Part shown: piece by piece, positions 26,793 to 37,540 of the stretch | Position numbering within the stretch: position 1 is the first letter of the stretch | Layout: each line of letters starts with the position of its first letter | NCBI GenBank assembly: GCA_001784285.1 | Contig: MFQC01000009.1 | Coordinates: forward strand, 8,828 to 72,827 | From: Candidatus Magasanikbacteria bacterium RIFCSPHIGHO2_02_FULL_48_18 | GTDB lineage: Bacteria > Patescibacteriota > Patescibacteriia > Magasanikbacterales > UBA922 | Length of the DNA: 64,000 bases | Direction: 5' to 3' | Notes under the pieces: generated by a model | The model's database searches: none | Seen by the model: only the letters and a program-made list of their open reading frames with translations | What the model was told of the DNA's origin: nothing | Program-made: the position numbers and the translations under genes

Positions 26793-28027
26793 ATGGTTTT
26801 GAGTTCACGGATCTCGGCGAGATGTTTTAGTGAAAGAAAAACGACCGCGATACACCCAATGGCAAACGAAAAAAGGAAGGTATAGCGCGGATCAAGGACA
26901 ATAATAAACGATGCGCCGATAAGCAACGGAAATTCGAGCACATTATGGAGCAAATTGGAAAGGGATACGGTGGTGGCTCGGTTATAGGAAAAAAAACGCT
27001 TATGAAAAAATTCATCAAATAACGGATACCGGATGCCTTCACATATCGTAAACGCGAGAAACAAGAAAAAAAGCAGGATCGGCTGGGGATACGCAAACAA
27101 GGCGATAAGAAAAAAGAAAAATGCTGTCAAAAACCACGTATTATAGCGGTCAAGAACAACCAGTAAATTTTTTCCTTTTTGAAAACGGGAAATATACCAT
27201 AGATACAAAAAGACCACGCCATGACGTGCCGCCCATCCAGCGCCAATCACCAGAATGGAAATGCCCCTATCGAAAAAAAACTTTTGAAAGAAACTCCAGC
27301 AAATAAACACCGAAAAAAAGACAACTTCTTTATTGAGCATTGTACGAAAAAGGAGCGCGTCATTTCGCAAAAGACGCCATGCGTCAAAAAAGATTCCGGA
27401 TTCGATTTTTTCCACATCCATCGTATGTCTTGGCTCGGTAAGGCGTACGGAGAGCCAAACCGCCATAAGCGTGGCGACGACATCAATGCCAATCAAAAAA
27501 CGAAATTGGAGCGGCGATAAATCTTTTGCAATAAGAACACCAAGAACGGGGGCAACCACTTTAAACATTCTTGCGGCGGCATGAAACTTGCCAAGCGCGT
27601 CCAATGTGGTCACTTCACGGCCGAGTTCGCGTTCCGTATCATAGAGAAGCGCCTGATCGGTCCCTGAAAAACACGCGAAAGAAACGCCATACACTATCAT
27701 CGCGATTGAGAGCTCCGCAAAACCTTCCGCAAAAAAAAGAACCACCCAGTGAAGAACCATAAGGCTCGTTCCAAGCATAATGGTTTTTTTTCGCCCCCAC
27801 CGATCGGCAAGATAACTTGATGGTATTTCAAATACCAGGCTCCCGGCCGCCCAAAAAAGATTCAACAAAAAAATTTCCGACAAGGCAATGCCCCGGCTCA
27901 GATAAAACAGAGAAAGAACGATATTCAGCATCTTGATATTGAGAAGCGCCCGAATCCAAAAAAGCCGGGAAGAGTTTTTTTCAAGATATTGTTTTCGTGC
28001 GTCATCCACCGCCATACCACGCGTCAA
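26789..28027 (-). CDS. MFS transporter.
   Basis: Twelve transmembrane segments are predicted. The MFS signature LADRWGRKKT is present. Confidence 0.75.
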   Translation of the reverse strand: MTRGMAVDDARKQYLEKNSSRLFWIRALLNIKMLNIVLSLFYLSRGIALSEIFLLNLFWAAGSLVFEIPSSYLADRWGRKKTIMLGTSLMVLHWVVLFFAEGFAELSIAMIVYGVSFACFSGTDQALLYDTERELGREVTTLDALGKFHAAARMFKVVAPVLGVLIAKDLSPLQFRFLIGIDVVATLMAVWLSVRLTEPRHTMDVEKIESGIFFDAWRLLRNDALLFRTMLNKEVVFFSVFICWSFFQKFFFDRGISILVIGAGWAARHGVVFLYLWYISRFQKGKNLLVVLDRYNTWFLTAFFFFLIALFAYPQPILLFFLFLAFTICEGIRYPLFDEFFHKRFFSYNRATTVSLSNLLHNVLEFPLLIGASFIIVLDPRYTFLFSFAIGCIAVVFLSLKHLAEIRELKTI

Positions 28028-28635
28028 AAATAATCAAAGTGCACTTCGCCTTGTCGCAATACCTGAATTTTCCCCTCATCAATGCGGACAATCGTGGAGG
28101 GATTGTGGTGCGGCAGTGGTCCGGCGTCAATAATAATATCCGGTTGCTCGGCTTCACGCGAAAACATGGAGATGACCCCCTCAATATCATAGGGACTTTC
28201 AAGCGAAGCGATATTGGCCGAGGTGGAAACAAGCGGCGCCTTGAGTTCTTCCACCACATCCCGCACAAAATCATAGCCGGAAATACGAAACGCAATGGTG
28301 TGGTCACGGCCCACAACGCCCGGCGCGAGCAGGGCGTGTTCTGCCATTGGCACAACAACGGTGAGCGGGCCGGGCCAATACCGGTCAGCGATTTTTTCAA
28401 GGAGCGGAGACCACGGCACATACGCCATGGCCATCTCAACCGAAGAAAAAATAACCAGAACCGGCTTGTCTTTTTGACGTTTTTTGATTTCGAATACCCG
28501 CCCCACTGCCGCCGTGTTTGTGGCGTCGCATCCCAGCCCGTAGCAGGTCTCCGTCGGATACGCAAGCGTTTTGCCCTGTCTCAGGAGTGTCGCCAAGAGA
28601 GGCACAGCAACATTTTTTTCCGCGATAATTTCCAT
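28024..28635 (-). CDS. tsaC: L-threonylcarbamoyladenylate synthase, TsaC/YrdC type.
   Basis: Motifs YPTETCYGLGCDA, WPGPLT and STSAN are present. The start is taken at MEIIAEKN; the track gives 28668, which overlaps prfB. Confidence 0.8.
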   Translation of the reverse strand: MEIIAEKNVAVPLLATLLRQGKTLAYPTETCYGLGCDATNTAAVGRVFEIKKRQKDKPVLVIFSSVEMAMAYVPWSPLLEKIADRYWPGPLTVVVPMAEHALLAPGVVGRDHTIAFRISGYDFVRDVVEELKAPLVSTSANIASLESPYDIEGVISMFSREAEQPDIIIDAGPLPHHNPSTIVRIDEGKIQVLRQGEVHFDYF

Positions 28636-28646
28636 AGACAAAAATT

Positions 28647-29759
28647 TTACGCGCTCTTTTTTTTCCATCGGAGATACGCTTCCACAAAGCCGCTCAAATC
28701 GCCGTCCAATACGGCATCGGGGTCGTTTTCTTCGTAGCGGGTCCGAATGTCTTTCACCATTTTATATGGGTGGAGCACATACGAACGAATTTGATTGCCC
28801 CACTCCGCGCTCTTGTATTCGCCGCGCAACTCTTGGCGTTCTTTTTCTTCTTCCTCTTCTTTTAGGGTCTGCAATTTTGATTGTAAAATCCGCATGGCCG
28901 TTTCTTTGTTCTGCAGTTGAGATCGCTCATTTTGGCACTGCACCGTTATGCCGGTTGGAATATGAACAATGCGAACCGCACTGTACGTGGTATTCACGCT
29001 TTGCCCTCCATGCCCGCCGGACATAAACGTATCAATGCGAAGATCTTTCGAGTCAATCATAACCGATTCTCCATGTTCCAATTCCGGTATCACTTCAATC
29101 AGCGCAAAAGACGTATGCCGCATCTTTTCCGCGTCAAACGGGGAGATGCGGACCAATCGGTGCGTGCCGTGTTCTGACTGGAGGTGCCCATACGCATATC
29201 GGCCCTCCACGCGAAATACGGCCGACTTGATCCCCGCCTCCTGGCCCCGCGACTCATCAAGCGTCGTTGTTTTCCATCCTTGCTTTTCACAGTAGCGAAG
29301 AAGCATCCGGAGAAGCATTTCCGCCCAATCCTGCGCCTCGGTGCCGCCACTGCCGGCATGGATGCTCACAATCGCATTTTTTGTATCATGCTTCCCATCC
29401 AAGAGAAGAAAAAATTCAAGATGTTCAAAATCGGTCTCCAGCCGCTGAATGTCTTTTGCAATATCCTCGATCAAGACCGGATCGCGTTTTCCTTCCTCTT
29501 GAGACGCCAGATCTCGGCAGAGATCCAAAAGACCCACGACCTCTTGCCGCATGGTTTGCCACCGCTCTACTTCTTTCCGGATTTCTTCATGACGCTGGCT
29601 CACGTCTTTCGCCCGATCTGGATTGGCCCAAAACTGCTCGGCTTGCATCTCTCGCTCAAGGTTGTCTTGTTCAATAATTTTGCCATCAATATCCAAAAGA
29701 TTCCACGTGGAGAGCACGCGATCCCGAAGCGCTTCAAGCCGTTTTATTTCATCTTTCAT
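28647..29759 (-). CDS. prfB: Peptide chain release factor 2.
   Basis: The SPF tripeptide and GGQ (SGGHGGQSVN) are present. The ORF is intact from Met, so no +1 frameshift site is needed. Confidence 0.9.
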   Translation of the reverse strand: MKDEIKRLEALRDRVLSTWNLLDIDGKIIEQDNLEREMQAEQFWANPDRAKDVSQRHEEIRKEVERWQTMRQEVVGLLDLCRDLASQEEGKRDPVLIEDIAKDIQRLETDFEHLEFFLLLDGKHDTKNAIVSIHAGSGGTEAQDWAEMLLRMLLRYCEKQGWKTTTLDESRGQEAGIKSAVFRVEGRYAYGHLQSEHGTHRLVRISPFDAEKMRHTSFALIEVIPELEHGESVMIDSKDLRIDTFMSGGHGGQSVNTTYSAVRIVHIPTGITVQCQNERSQLQNKETAMRILQSKLQTLKEEEEEKERQELRGEYKSAEWGNQIRSYVLHPYKMVKDIRTRYEENDPDAVLDGDLSGFVEAYLRWKKKSA

Positions 29760-29790
29760 ACATCATTTTTTCCCTTAGGCTTTTTTATCG

Positions 29791-29835
29791 ACAAAAAAAT
29801 ATACAAAAAGTATCCTTTCCACCAAAGGATACTTT
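29791..29835 (-). terminator. Intrinsic terminator downstream of groEL.
   Basis: A 12-bp perfect stem, AAAGTATCCTTT / AAAGGATACTTT, with loop CCACC, is followed on the minus strand by TTTTGTATATTTTTTT. Confidence 0.7.
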
Positions 29836-29869
29836 TATCCTAACCGATTATGAGAGAAAAAACAACTCT

Positions 29870-31510
<1,641 letters not shown>

Positions 31511-31532
31511 TTAGCTGAGTTATCTGAGTTGT

Positions 31533-31823
31533 TTATTTCAAAAGAGCAAGCACGTCTTCCTGAGAAATAATTTTATATTCTTCGCCGTCCACTTCCACAT
31601 CGTCCCCGCCCCATTTTTTGAAAAGAATCCTGTCTCCTTGAGACACCTCCATAGTTGAACGCTGTCCGCTTTTTAACATTTTTCCAGGACCAACCGCGAC
31701 AACCATGCCTTCGGCCTTTTTGTCCTTTTCCACAGTATCCGGAAGCACAATGCCGGATGCGGTGACTTCCTCCTCTTTGATACGTTTGACCAAAATATGG
31801 TCATTCAGTGGCTGTATATTCAT
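31533..31823 (-). CDS. groS: Co-chaperonin GroES.
   Basis: MNIQPLNDHILVKR is the canonical GroES N-terminus. The track ORF is extended by 18 codons. Confidence 0.9.
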   Translation of the reverse strand: MNIQPLNDHILVKRIKEEEVTASGIVLPDTVEKDKKAEGMVVAVGPGKMLKSGQRSTMEVSQGDRILFKKWGGDDVEVDGEEYKIISQEDVLALLK

Positions 31824-31897
31824 ATAATAGAATATAAATAAATTGAACGTTATGAATAAAATTGAGGACTCCCCCATGGTACAGGCGGGGAATCAAG

Positions 31898-31924
31898 GTT
31901 ATCACTCTATATATTTGAGTGATA
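31898..31924. promoter_or_regulatory. CIRCE-like HrcA operator.
   Basis: TTATCACTC-N9-GAGTGATAA matches the consensus TTAGCACTC-N9-GAGTGCTAA, with a symmetric G to T change. It lies 75 nt upstream of the groES ATG. Confidence 0.8.
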
Positions 31925-31934
31925 ATCCTGGTCC

Positions 31935-31962
31935 CATTGTACCGAAAAAAAAATACCTGTCA
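31935..31962 (-). promoter_or_regulatory. Sigma70 promoter for groES-groEL.
   Basis: On the minus strand, TTGACA, a 16-nt spacer and TACAAT sit immediately upstream of the CIRCE. Confidence 0.65.
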
Positions 31963-32313
31963 AGCCGTGACAGCGTACACGTTTTCCACATCCCCGTCAA
32001 TGGCGGGGATGAAAAAAGCCCAGGAGTGACAACGAGCTCAAGATGCCGTCTATATATGAACCCATGATGCCTGTCAGTAACATGAATTCGATAGCGAGCA
32101 TTTGTGCCTGTTGTCAATTCTAGGCTTTTTTGAGAGTACCCTCAGTATCTCATGAGGAAACGAAAAAGTCAATCACAAAAAATACCTTTCCTTTAGCAAA
32201 AAAATGGTCAAAAATTCCTTTCTGTGGATGTTGTGTGCAAAACCTCTGCATAACTTTTTTCCTTTTTATATTCCTGCTATACTATAAGGGATTTTTATCC
32301 CGCACCGTTGCAT

Positions 32314-33228
32314 ATGAGCGGACAACTCGTCCATCATTATATACAGCAGAGACTTAAAAACGTATTTTTAAACGGTATCGCCATTACCGTGCTTTTTTTC
32401 TTTTTTCTCTATCTTCTTGCCCTTACGACTACCGCGGATACATTTTTTGCTCAAATGATTCTCCTCGGAATGGCATTTATCCTCACCATCGGCTACCTTT
32501 CCCTTATTCCCGATACAGAAAAAGAACACCATTTCCCACTTCTTCTCTTTTTTCTTCTCAATCTTCTCACGACCGCGCTCGTGTGGGCGACCGGCATTTT
32601 ACAAAGCCCGTTTATTATTCTCTACGTCGTTCTCATTATTATTACCTCTCAGCTCTATAGCTATGGATACGGCCTCGCGCAGACCTGTTTGGCGCTCGTG
32701 GGATTTGTTGGAATCTACACCGCGGCCATCCAACACCTTATTCCCTATATCACTCTCCTCCCAAAATCAACCATCGCAATCCTCTACCAGCCAACGATTG
32801 TTATTTTTGTGTATGGATCGCTCTATGGCCTGCTCTTCTTTTTTACTGTATTTTCCTCATCAAGCGCGCGTACTGTTTTGTTTCGTCCCAAAAGACATGG
32901 CGATCTCGACACGACCTACCAGGAAAAAATCATTCAGGACATGCCGGTTGGCGTTTTGATTGTGGACCACGATCTTACCATTATTGGGAACAACCCTGCC
33001 GCGTCTTTTAATTTTCCTTTCCGCGGAACCCCGGCCATGTTAACGGATTATCTGTCACTCAGTAAAATCAATCCCGCCCAAGAGCTAAAGCATCTGGCGA
33101 AAAACACGAAAGAAAAAAATCTCACCTGGAAAGTGGATACTGGCGAGGTGCTCGCGGTCACGGTTTCGGTTCGAAGAATTCCTGGAGCAAAAAAGGACGA
33201 CGATACATTTATTCTTTTTATTCAATAG
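32314..33228 (+). CDS. Integral membrane protein with a C-terminal cytoplasmic sensor-like domain.
   Basis: Five to six hydrophobic helices are followed by about 110 aa of soluble sequence (MPVGVLIVDHDLTIIGNNPAA..., PAS-like). The ATG at 32314 follows TATACT. Confidence 0.5.
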   Translation: MSGQLVHHYIQQRLKNVFLNGIAITVLFFFFLYLLALTTTADTFFAQMILLGMAFILTIGYLSLIPDTEKEHHFPLLLFFLLNLLTTALVWATGILQSPFIILYVVLIIITSQLYSYGYGLAQTCLALVGFVGIYTAAIQHLIPYITLLPKSTIAILYQPTIVIFVYGSLYGLLFFFTVFSSSSARTVLFRPKRHGDLDTTYQEKIIQDMPVGVLIVDHDLTIIGNNPAASFNFPFRGTPAMLTDYLSLSKINPAQELKHLAKNTKEKNLTWKVDTGEVLAVTVSVRRIPGAKKDDDTFILFIQ

Positions 33229-33670
33229 GAGCAAGTTGCCACGATTTTTGCCATTCTCGGCAATGGATCGCGACGCTGCCAGGTATATTTTCTCCCGGGT
33301 AGGGCGAACCATCCTCATCAAAAAACCACACCGTACGATTTTCATCGGTGTTGTTCAAAATTGCAATGATTTCTCCGGTATAAAGCGTACGGCGTGATCT
33401 CAGACGCTCAAACATCCCAAAAGGCCCATATTCCTCAGGAAAATCGTTGAGATCCGACATATATCTGGCATCTAATGCAACACGGCATTCGCTCAGCGGG
33501 GAGCCAGCATTTTGTATTTCCAAACTCCAGGAACGTCTGTCTGCCAGGCCTTCCAAAAAAACAGAGAAGCGAATATGCACCGGATCTTCTTCATAGAATA
33601 CTTCCGTCAAATCCTTAGACTGGCGCCCTCTACAAATATAACCTCCTTGGAGCGACCAATGCAAACACAC
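33218..33670 (-). CDS. Hypothetical protein.
   Basis: An ORF of 150 aa with no recognisable motif. It overlaps the end of the convergent gene by about 10 nt. Confidence 0.35.
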   Translation of the reverse strand: MCLHWSLQGGYICRGRQSKDLTEVFYEEDPVHIRFSVFLEGLADRRSWSLEIQNAGSPLSECRVALDARYMSDLNDFPEEYGPFGMFERLRSRRTLYTGEIIAILNNTDENRTVWFFDEDGSPYPGENIPGSVAIHCREWQKSWQLAPIE

Positions 33671-33684
33671 CGGCCGCTCTATCT

Positions 33685-34179
33685 TTATTCTTCTTTCAGG
33701 GTCGCGAGGTCGTCGTCGTTATACTCGAGGTCGGAAATCCCGAGGTACTCGGGATCGTACGGTTCCGAACCGTAGTAGAGCGCTTCGATATCGCCGATAT
33801 CGACAGTCGGTTCATCATCTCTCAGCTCGAAGGCGTAGTCCTTCTGGAACATGCCGTTTCCGGACGAACGACTGACGAGCAAGAGATAAGAGCCGGCGCC
33901 GGGAACGGAGAGAACAAAGCGTCCAACCGCGTCCGTGTTGGCCGTGGAGATAGCCGCGCTCATGTCGGCCCGATCGAGAACCATGACCTCGGCATCCGGT
34001 AGCGCCACGGTGTCGAAAGACACCATGCCGGTGAGCTCGGTCCCCAAAGCCGCGAGAGAGGCCTGAGAGGAGGCGTACTGGTCTTCGAAATCGGTGTCGC
34101 AACCGGCGGCGAAGAACCCGAACGCCAAGAGAGAAAAGAACCACGTGACAATCCGCTTCATGCGGGACGTGATGTACAT
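33685..34179 (-). CDS. GC-rich lipoprotein with a carboxypeptidase-regulatory-like (transthyretin-fold) domain.
   Basis: AGGAGG lies 7 nt upstream of the ATG, giving MYITSRMKRIVTWFFSLLAFGFFAAGC (lipobox AAGC). The stretch AEVMVLDRADMSAAISTANTDAVGRFVLSVPGAGSYLL is CarboxypepD_reg-like. GC is about 60% with G/C third positions. Confidence 0.65.
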   Translation of the reverse strand: MYITSRMKRIVTWFFSLLAFGFFAAGCDTDFEDQYASSQASLAALGTELTGMVSFDTVALPDAEVMVLDRADMSAAISTANTDAVGRFVLSVPGAGSYLLLVSRSSGNGMFQKDYAFELRDDEPTVDIGDIEALYYGSEPYDPEYLGISDLEYNDDDLATLKEE

Positions 34180-34279
34180 GATGTCACCTCCTTTGTTGTG
34201 GGACATGCACACCAACCAGAACACTAGAACCAAGCATAACACTTTTTGGGTGTATCAAAAAGGTGCGCTGTGGATAACA

Positions 34280-34693
34280 TTATCGCCCGCCATATTCTTT
34301 TTTTTCATCAAGTGGCAAAACCAATAATACACACAATGTCCTGCCTTGAGACGATACATAGACACTCACCTGTTCAAACTGAATGGGCGTGCGGTCAATA
34401 TCAATAGTATGTTGCATACAATAATGCCGCGCCGTCCGAAAAATTCGTTTCCGTTTCTCCGCTCCTGTCGCCCATTCGGCTGTCCCTTTTTCTTTTGCAT
34501 GTTGCCGCGTTTTTACTTCGATAAAACAGAGCGTCCCTCCAAAATGGGGTTTGGCATGGCGGGCAATAATATCAATTTCTCCCGAACGAATGCGGTAATT
34601 CCGTTCTATAATGTGATACCCTTTCTGCAATAAAAAAAGAACGGCCTGTTCTTCTCCCCAATCGCCAAATCGGCGTTTTTTTGTCTGCGGCAT
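34280..34693 (-). CDS. yraN: YraN family (UPF0102) endonuclease.
   Basis: GEIDIIA and FIEVKTR motifs are present. The protein is 137 aa. Confidence 0.7.
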   Translation of the reverse strand: MPQTKKRRFGDWGEEQAVLFLLQKGYHIIERNYRIRSGEIDIIARHAKPHFGGTLCFIEVKTRQHAKEKGTAEWATGAEKRKRIFRTARHYCMQHTIDIDRTPIQFEQVSVYVSSQGRTLCVLLVLPLDEKKEYGGR

Positions 34694-34726
34694 ACCCTCC
34701 TTCTCAAAAATTATTTTCCATTTTCA

Positions 34727-35278
34727 TCACTGCTGTTGAAATAAAATAATCCCATGATGATACGGGCCGCTATCAAACTGTTCTTGAATCACCAAACCGT
34801 GCCGTTTTGCCCACTGGCCAACTGTTGCAAAATCAACCACCTGTTGCAATGACGGGCCAAATCCCGGCCCTGGTTTTTTCCAATCAACAATCACAATGCG
34901 GGCTTTGTCCCGCAAAAGACGCACTGCTTCGTCAAGCGGAGCAAACATATTGGACATCGTCCATACTATATTCACCAAAAAAACAACATCCAACGAATGT
35001 TCCGGAATGGAAACCGATCCTTTTTTTTCAATATCGGCCCATAACGTATGAATATTGTGCAGATGATGGGTCGCGGCTGTCTTTTGGATATCAAGGATCA
35101 CATCTTGCAAAATATCCACCGCATAGATAATCCCATCGTCCCCAATAATTTTGGAAAGAGGAAAAACAATATGTCCGGTTCTGCCGCAACCAAAATCCGC
35201 CGCATGCATTCCGGGATGAAGATGTATTTTTTCAAAAATGAGATGCGGATCGACGAGCCGATCGCCACTGTGGTACAT
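34727..35278 (-). CDS. Class I SAM-dependent methyltransferase.
   Basis: Motif I, DFGCGRTG, is present. The protein is 183 aa. Confidence 0.6.
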   Translation of the reverse strand: MYHSGDRLVDPHLIFEKIHLHPGMHAADFGCGRTGHIVFPLSKIIGDDGIIYAVDILQDVILDIQKTAATHHLHNIHTLWADIEKKGSVSIPEHSLDVVFLVNIVWTMSNMFAPLDEAVRLLRDKARIVIVDWKKPGPGFGPSLQQVVDFATVGQWAKRHGLVIQEQFDSGPYHHGIILFQQQ

Positions 35279-35286
35279 AGAATGCG

Positions 35287-35526
35287 TTATTGGAGACGTC
35301 CAAAAAGCGGAGCAAAAATGCTCAAAATAACACTGCCAAGAATTCCGGAAACGCCGAGAAGCGCAAGAAGAATAATGGCGATACCAACAAATTTATATAA
35401 TGAGCGAGTGGGAATGCCATGCTGTTCGGCCCACGAACTTGATCCAAAATTTTCAAAAAACCACTCGGTTTTCATAATAAGCAAGCTCCCCGCCGCAATG
35501 GCAATGAGCGCGATAATGTATTTCAT
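35287..35526 (-). CDS. Small membrane protein with two transmembrane segments.
   Basis: Two hydrophobic helices are present in a 79-aa protein. Confidence 0.45.
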   Translation of the reverse strand: MKYIIALIAIAAGSLLIMKTEWFFENFGSSSWAEQHGIPTRSLYKFVGIAIILLALLGVSGILGSVILSIFAPLFGRLQ

Positions 35527-35538
35527 ATACCAAAAATA

Positions 35539-35892
35539 TTACCGTTTATAATCATCTTCAAGCCGGACAATGTCATCTTCTCCAAAATACGTTCCCCGCT
35601 GTACTTCAATAAAAATAAGATCTTCTTTCCCTCGATTGCCAATGCGGTGCTTTGTCTCAAAATCAACTTTGATGGTATCCCCCGGGACAACGACTTGCTC
35701 TTTGTCATTCAAAATCACAAACCCTTCTCCCTGGATAATCACCCAATGTTCCGTCCGTTTGGCATGATATTGATAACTCAGCCGATGCCCTGGCCAAACG
35801 ACGATCTGTTTTACTTTGTGGGTTGGCGTATCGAGGAGCACAAGGAAGCCTCCCCACGGCCGCTCTTCGGTAAATGAATAATAGTCTGTCAT
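35539..35892 (-). CDS. Cupin domain protein (mannose-6-phosphate isomerase type II C-terminal-like).
   Basis: The sequence WGGFLVL...KQIVVWPGHRLSYQYHAKRTEHWVIIQGEG has a cupin_2 pattern. A 4-nt overlap with pgi is present. Confidence 0.65.
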   Translation of the reverse strand: MTDYYSFTEERPWGGFLVLLDTPTHKVKQIVVWPGHRLSYQYHAKRTEHWVIIQGEGFVILNDKEQVVVPGDTIKVDFETKHRIGNRGKEDLIFIEVQRGTYFGEDDIVRLEDDYKR

Positions 35893-37199
35893 AATTCCTT
35901 ATTTTTTTTAAACAACAAATCCTTCGTTAATTTTTTTCCCAACTCCACTCCCGGCTGGCTATAGGCATCCACATCAAAAAACTCGCCAAGAAATGCCACC
36001 GACCCTTCAAATAAAAACAAAAGCTGTCCGAGATGGAACGGATCAATGCGGTCAATCGTGATGGTCAAATTTGGCCGATCATGGCGCGTCAGCGCCATGG
36101 ACGTTCCTTTTTGCTCCGCATCCAACAATGCGTTGAACGACGCACCCCTCAAATACTGCAACGCCGGTTCTTTGGAAAAACGGCATGGAATGGGAACGGT
36201 TTTTGCCAAAGAACGAACCGAAAGAAACATGACTAATTTATCGTTGGGGCCTTCCATATAAAGCTGTATTTGCGAATGCTGATCGGTCGTTCCGAGCGCC
36301 GATACGGGCGTCAACCCCGCATGGACAACGTTGCTGGACCGGTCTTTCTCTTTCCCAATGCTCTCAGCCAACAGCTGGCTATACCACTCGGAGAAACGCG
36401 CCAATTTTTGCGCGTATGGCATCATGACGACTATATTTTTTCCTTTGTGAAAAAGAAGATATTGCGCCGCCGCCAGCTGAAACGGATAATTTTTTTCAAA
36501 TGACAAAGAGAAAAAACGATCGCGCATGTCTCGCGCGCCGGCAAGAATTTTTTGAATGTCAATGCCAAGGAGAGCCGCCGGAACAAGCCCGACCGAACTC
36601 AACACAGAAAATCGCCCACCAACATCCGCGTGATCAATGGCCGGCAATTCCGTCTGTTTCGCAATCTGTCGCAACAATCCTTTCTGTGGATCGGTAATGA
36701 ACAAAACATGTTCGCGAATATCCAATTTTTTCTTTTGTAAAAGATTCGTAACATAAAAAAATTGGGATACGACTTCCGGCGTCTCCCCGGATTTCGATAT
36801 GACCAAAAATAACGTCTTTTTGAAATCAATAATTTCTTGTATTTCCAATATCAACACCGGATCTATATTATCCAAAACATACAACCGCGGTATTTTTTGT
36901 TGAACACGTTCATGAGAAAAAAGATGCCCCAGGCTCTCCGCAAGACACCGCGCGCCAAGCGCAGACCCGCCAATACCACAAATCACAATCGCGTCATAGC
37001 ATCCGCGATTTTTTTTTGCAAAATCCAATATGTCCTTGATGCTTTTCGCATCATCAAGCATTTCATGAAAATGCTGTCCTCGGCCATGAAACTGTTTAAG
37101 AAAAGGCTTGAGGAATTTTTTTGTCTTAGCCAGTTCTTTTTTTTGAAGCCCATGCGATGGTTCGACGCGGAACAAATTGGAAAAATCAATCGAAAGCAT
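35889..37199 (-). CDS. pgi: Glucose-6-phosphate isomerase.
   Basis: The PGI-like motif DHADVGGRFSVLSSVGL is present. The protein is 436 aa. Confidence 0.75.
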   Translation of the reverse strand: MLSIDFSNLFRVEPSHGLQKKELAKTKKFLKPFLKQFHGRGQHFHEMLDDAKSIKDILDFAKKNRGCYDAIVICGIGGSALGARCLAESLGHLFSHERVQQKIPRLYVLDNIDPVLILEIQEIIDFKKTLFLVISKSGETPEVVSQFFYVTNLLQKKKLDIREHVLFITDPQKGLLRQIAKQTELPAIDHADVGGRFSVLSSVGLVPAALLGIDIQKILAGARDMRDRFFSLSFEKNYPFQLAAAQYLLFHKGKNIVVMMPYAQKLARFSEWYSQLLAESIGKEKDRSSNVVHAGLTPVSALGTTDQHSQIQLYMEGPNDKLVMFLSVRSLAKTVPIPCRFSKEPALQYLRGASFNALLDAEQKGTSMALTRHDRPNLTITIDRIDPFHLGQLLFLFEGSVAFLGEFFDVDAYSQPGVELGKKLTKDLLFKKNKEL

Positions 37200-37200
37200 A

Positions 37201-37455
37201 TTACGCGTTCAATTTTTCCATAAGTTTGCCTTGTGCCTGAAGTTCGGCAAGGTCGTCAAATCCGCCAATAAATTCTTCTCCAATAAAAATCATGGGGACC
37301 GTTTGCCACTTGTAGGTTTCCACAAGCCGATTTCTCAATGTTTGATCCGCTCCAACATCAATTTCTTCGTATGACACACCTAGCGCTTGGAACAGTTTTT
37401 TTGCCCGCATGCAATAGGGACAAGACATGGTGGTATAAATTTTGACCGGCTTCAT
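37201..37455 (-). CDS. grxC: Glutaredoxin.
   Basis: The CPYC active site is present. The protein is 84 aa and begins MKPVKIYTTMSCPYCMRAKKLF. Confidence 0.85.
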   Translation of the reverse strand: MKPVKIYTTMSCPYCMRAKKLFQALGVSYEEIDVGADQTLRNRLVETYKWQTVPMIFIGEEFIGGFDDLAELQAQGKLMEKLNA

Positions 37456-37540
37456 ATCAAAAAGTTAAAAGTATCCTTCCTCCTGTATCATATCAAAAAA
37501 AAACCGTACCGACCAGCTTGTGAGATAAGAAGAAAACACC

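Noticed and set aside
28647-28760. A programmed frameshift site in prfB.
   Set aside because: The reading frame is continuous from the ATG. No CUU-UGA context is needed or present.
31824-32117. The extended GroES N-terminus (track start 31877) and ORF 31902-32117(-).
   Set aside because: The GroES family N-terminus MNIQPL… begins at 31823. The extension and the 71-aa ORF overlap the CIRCE operator and the promoter.
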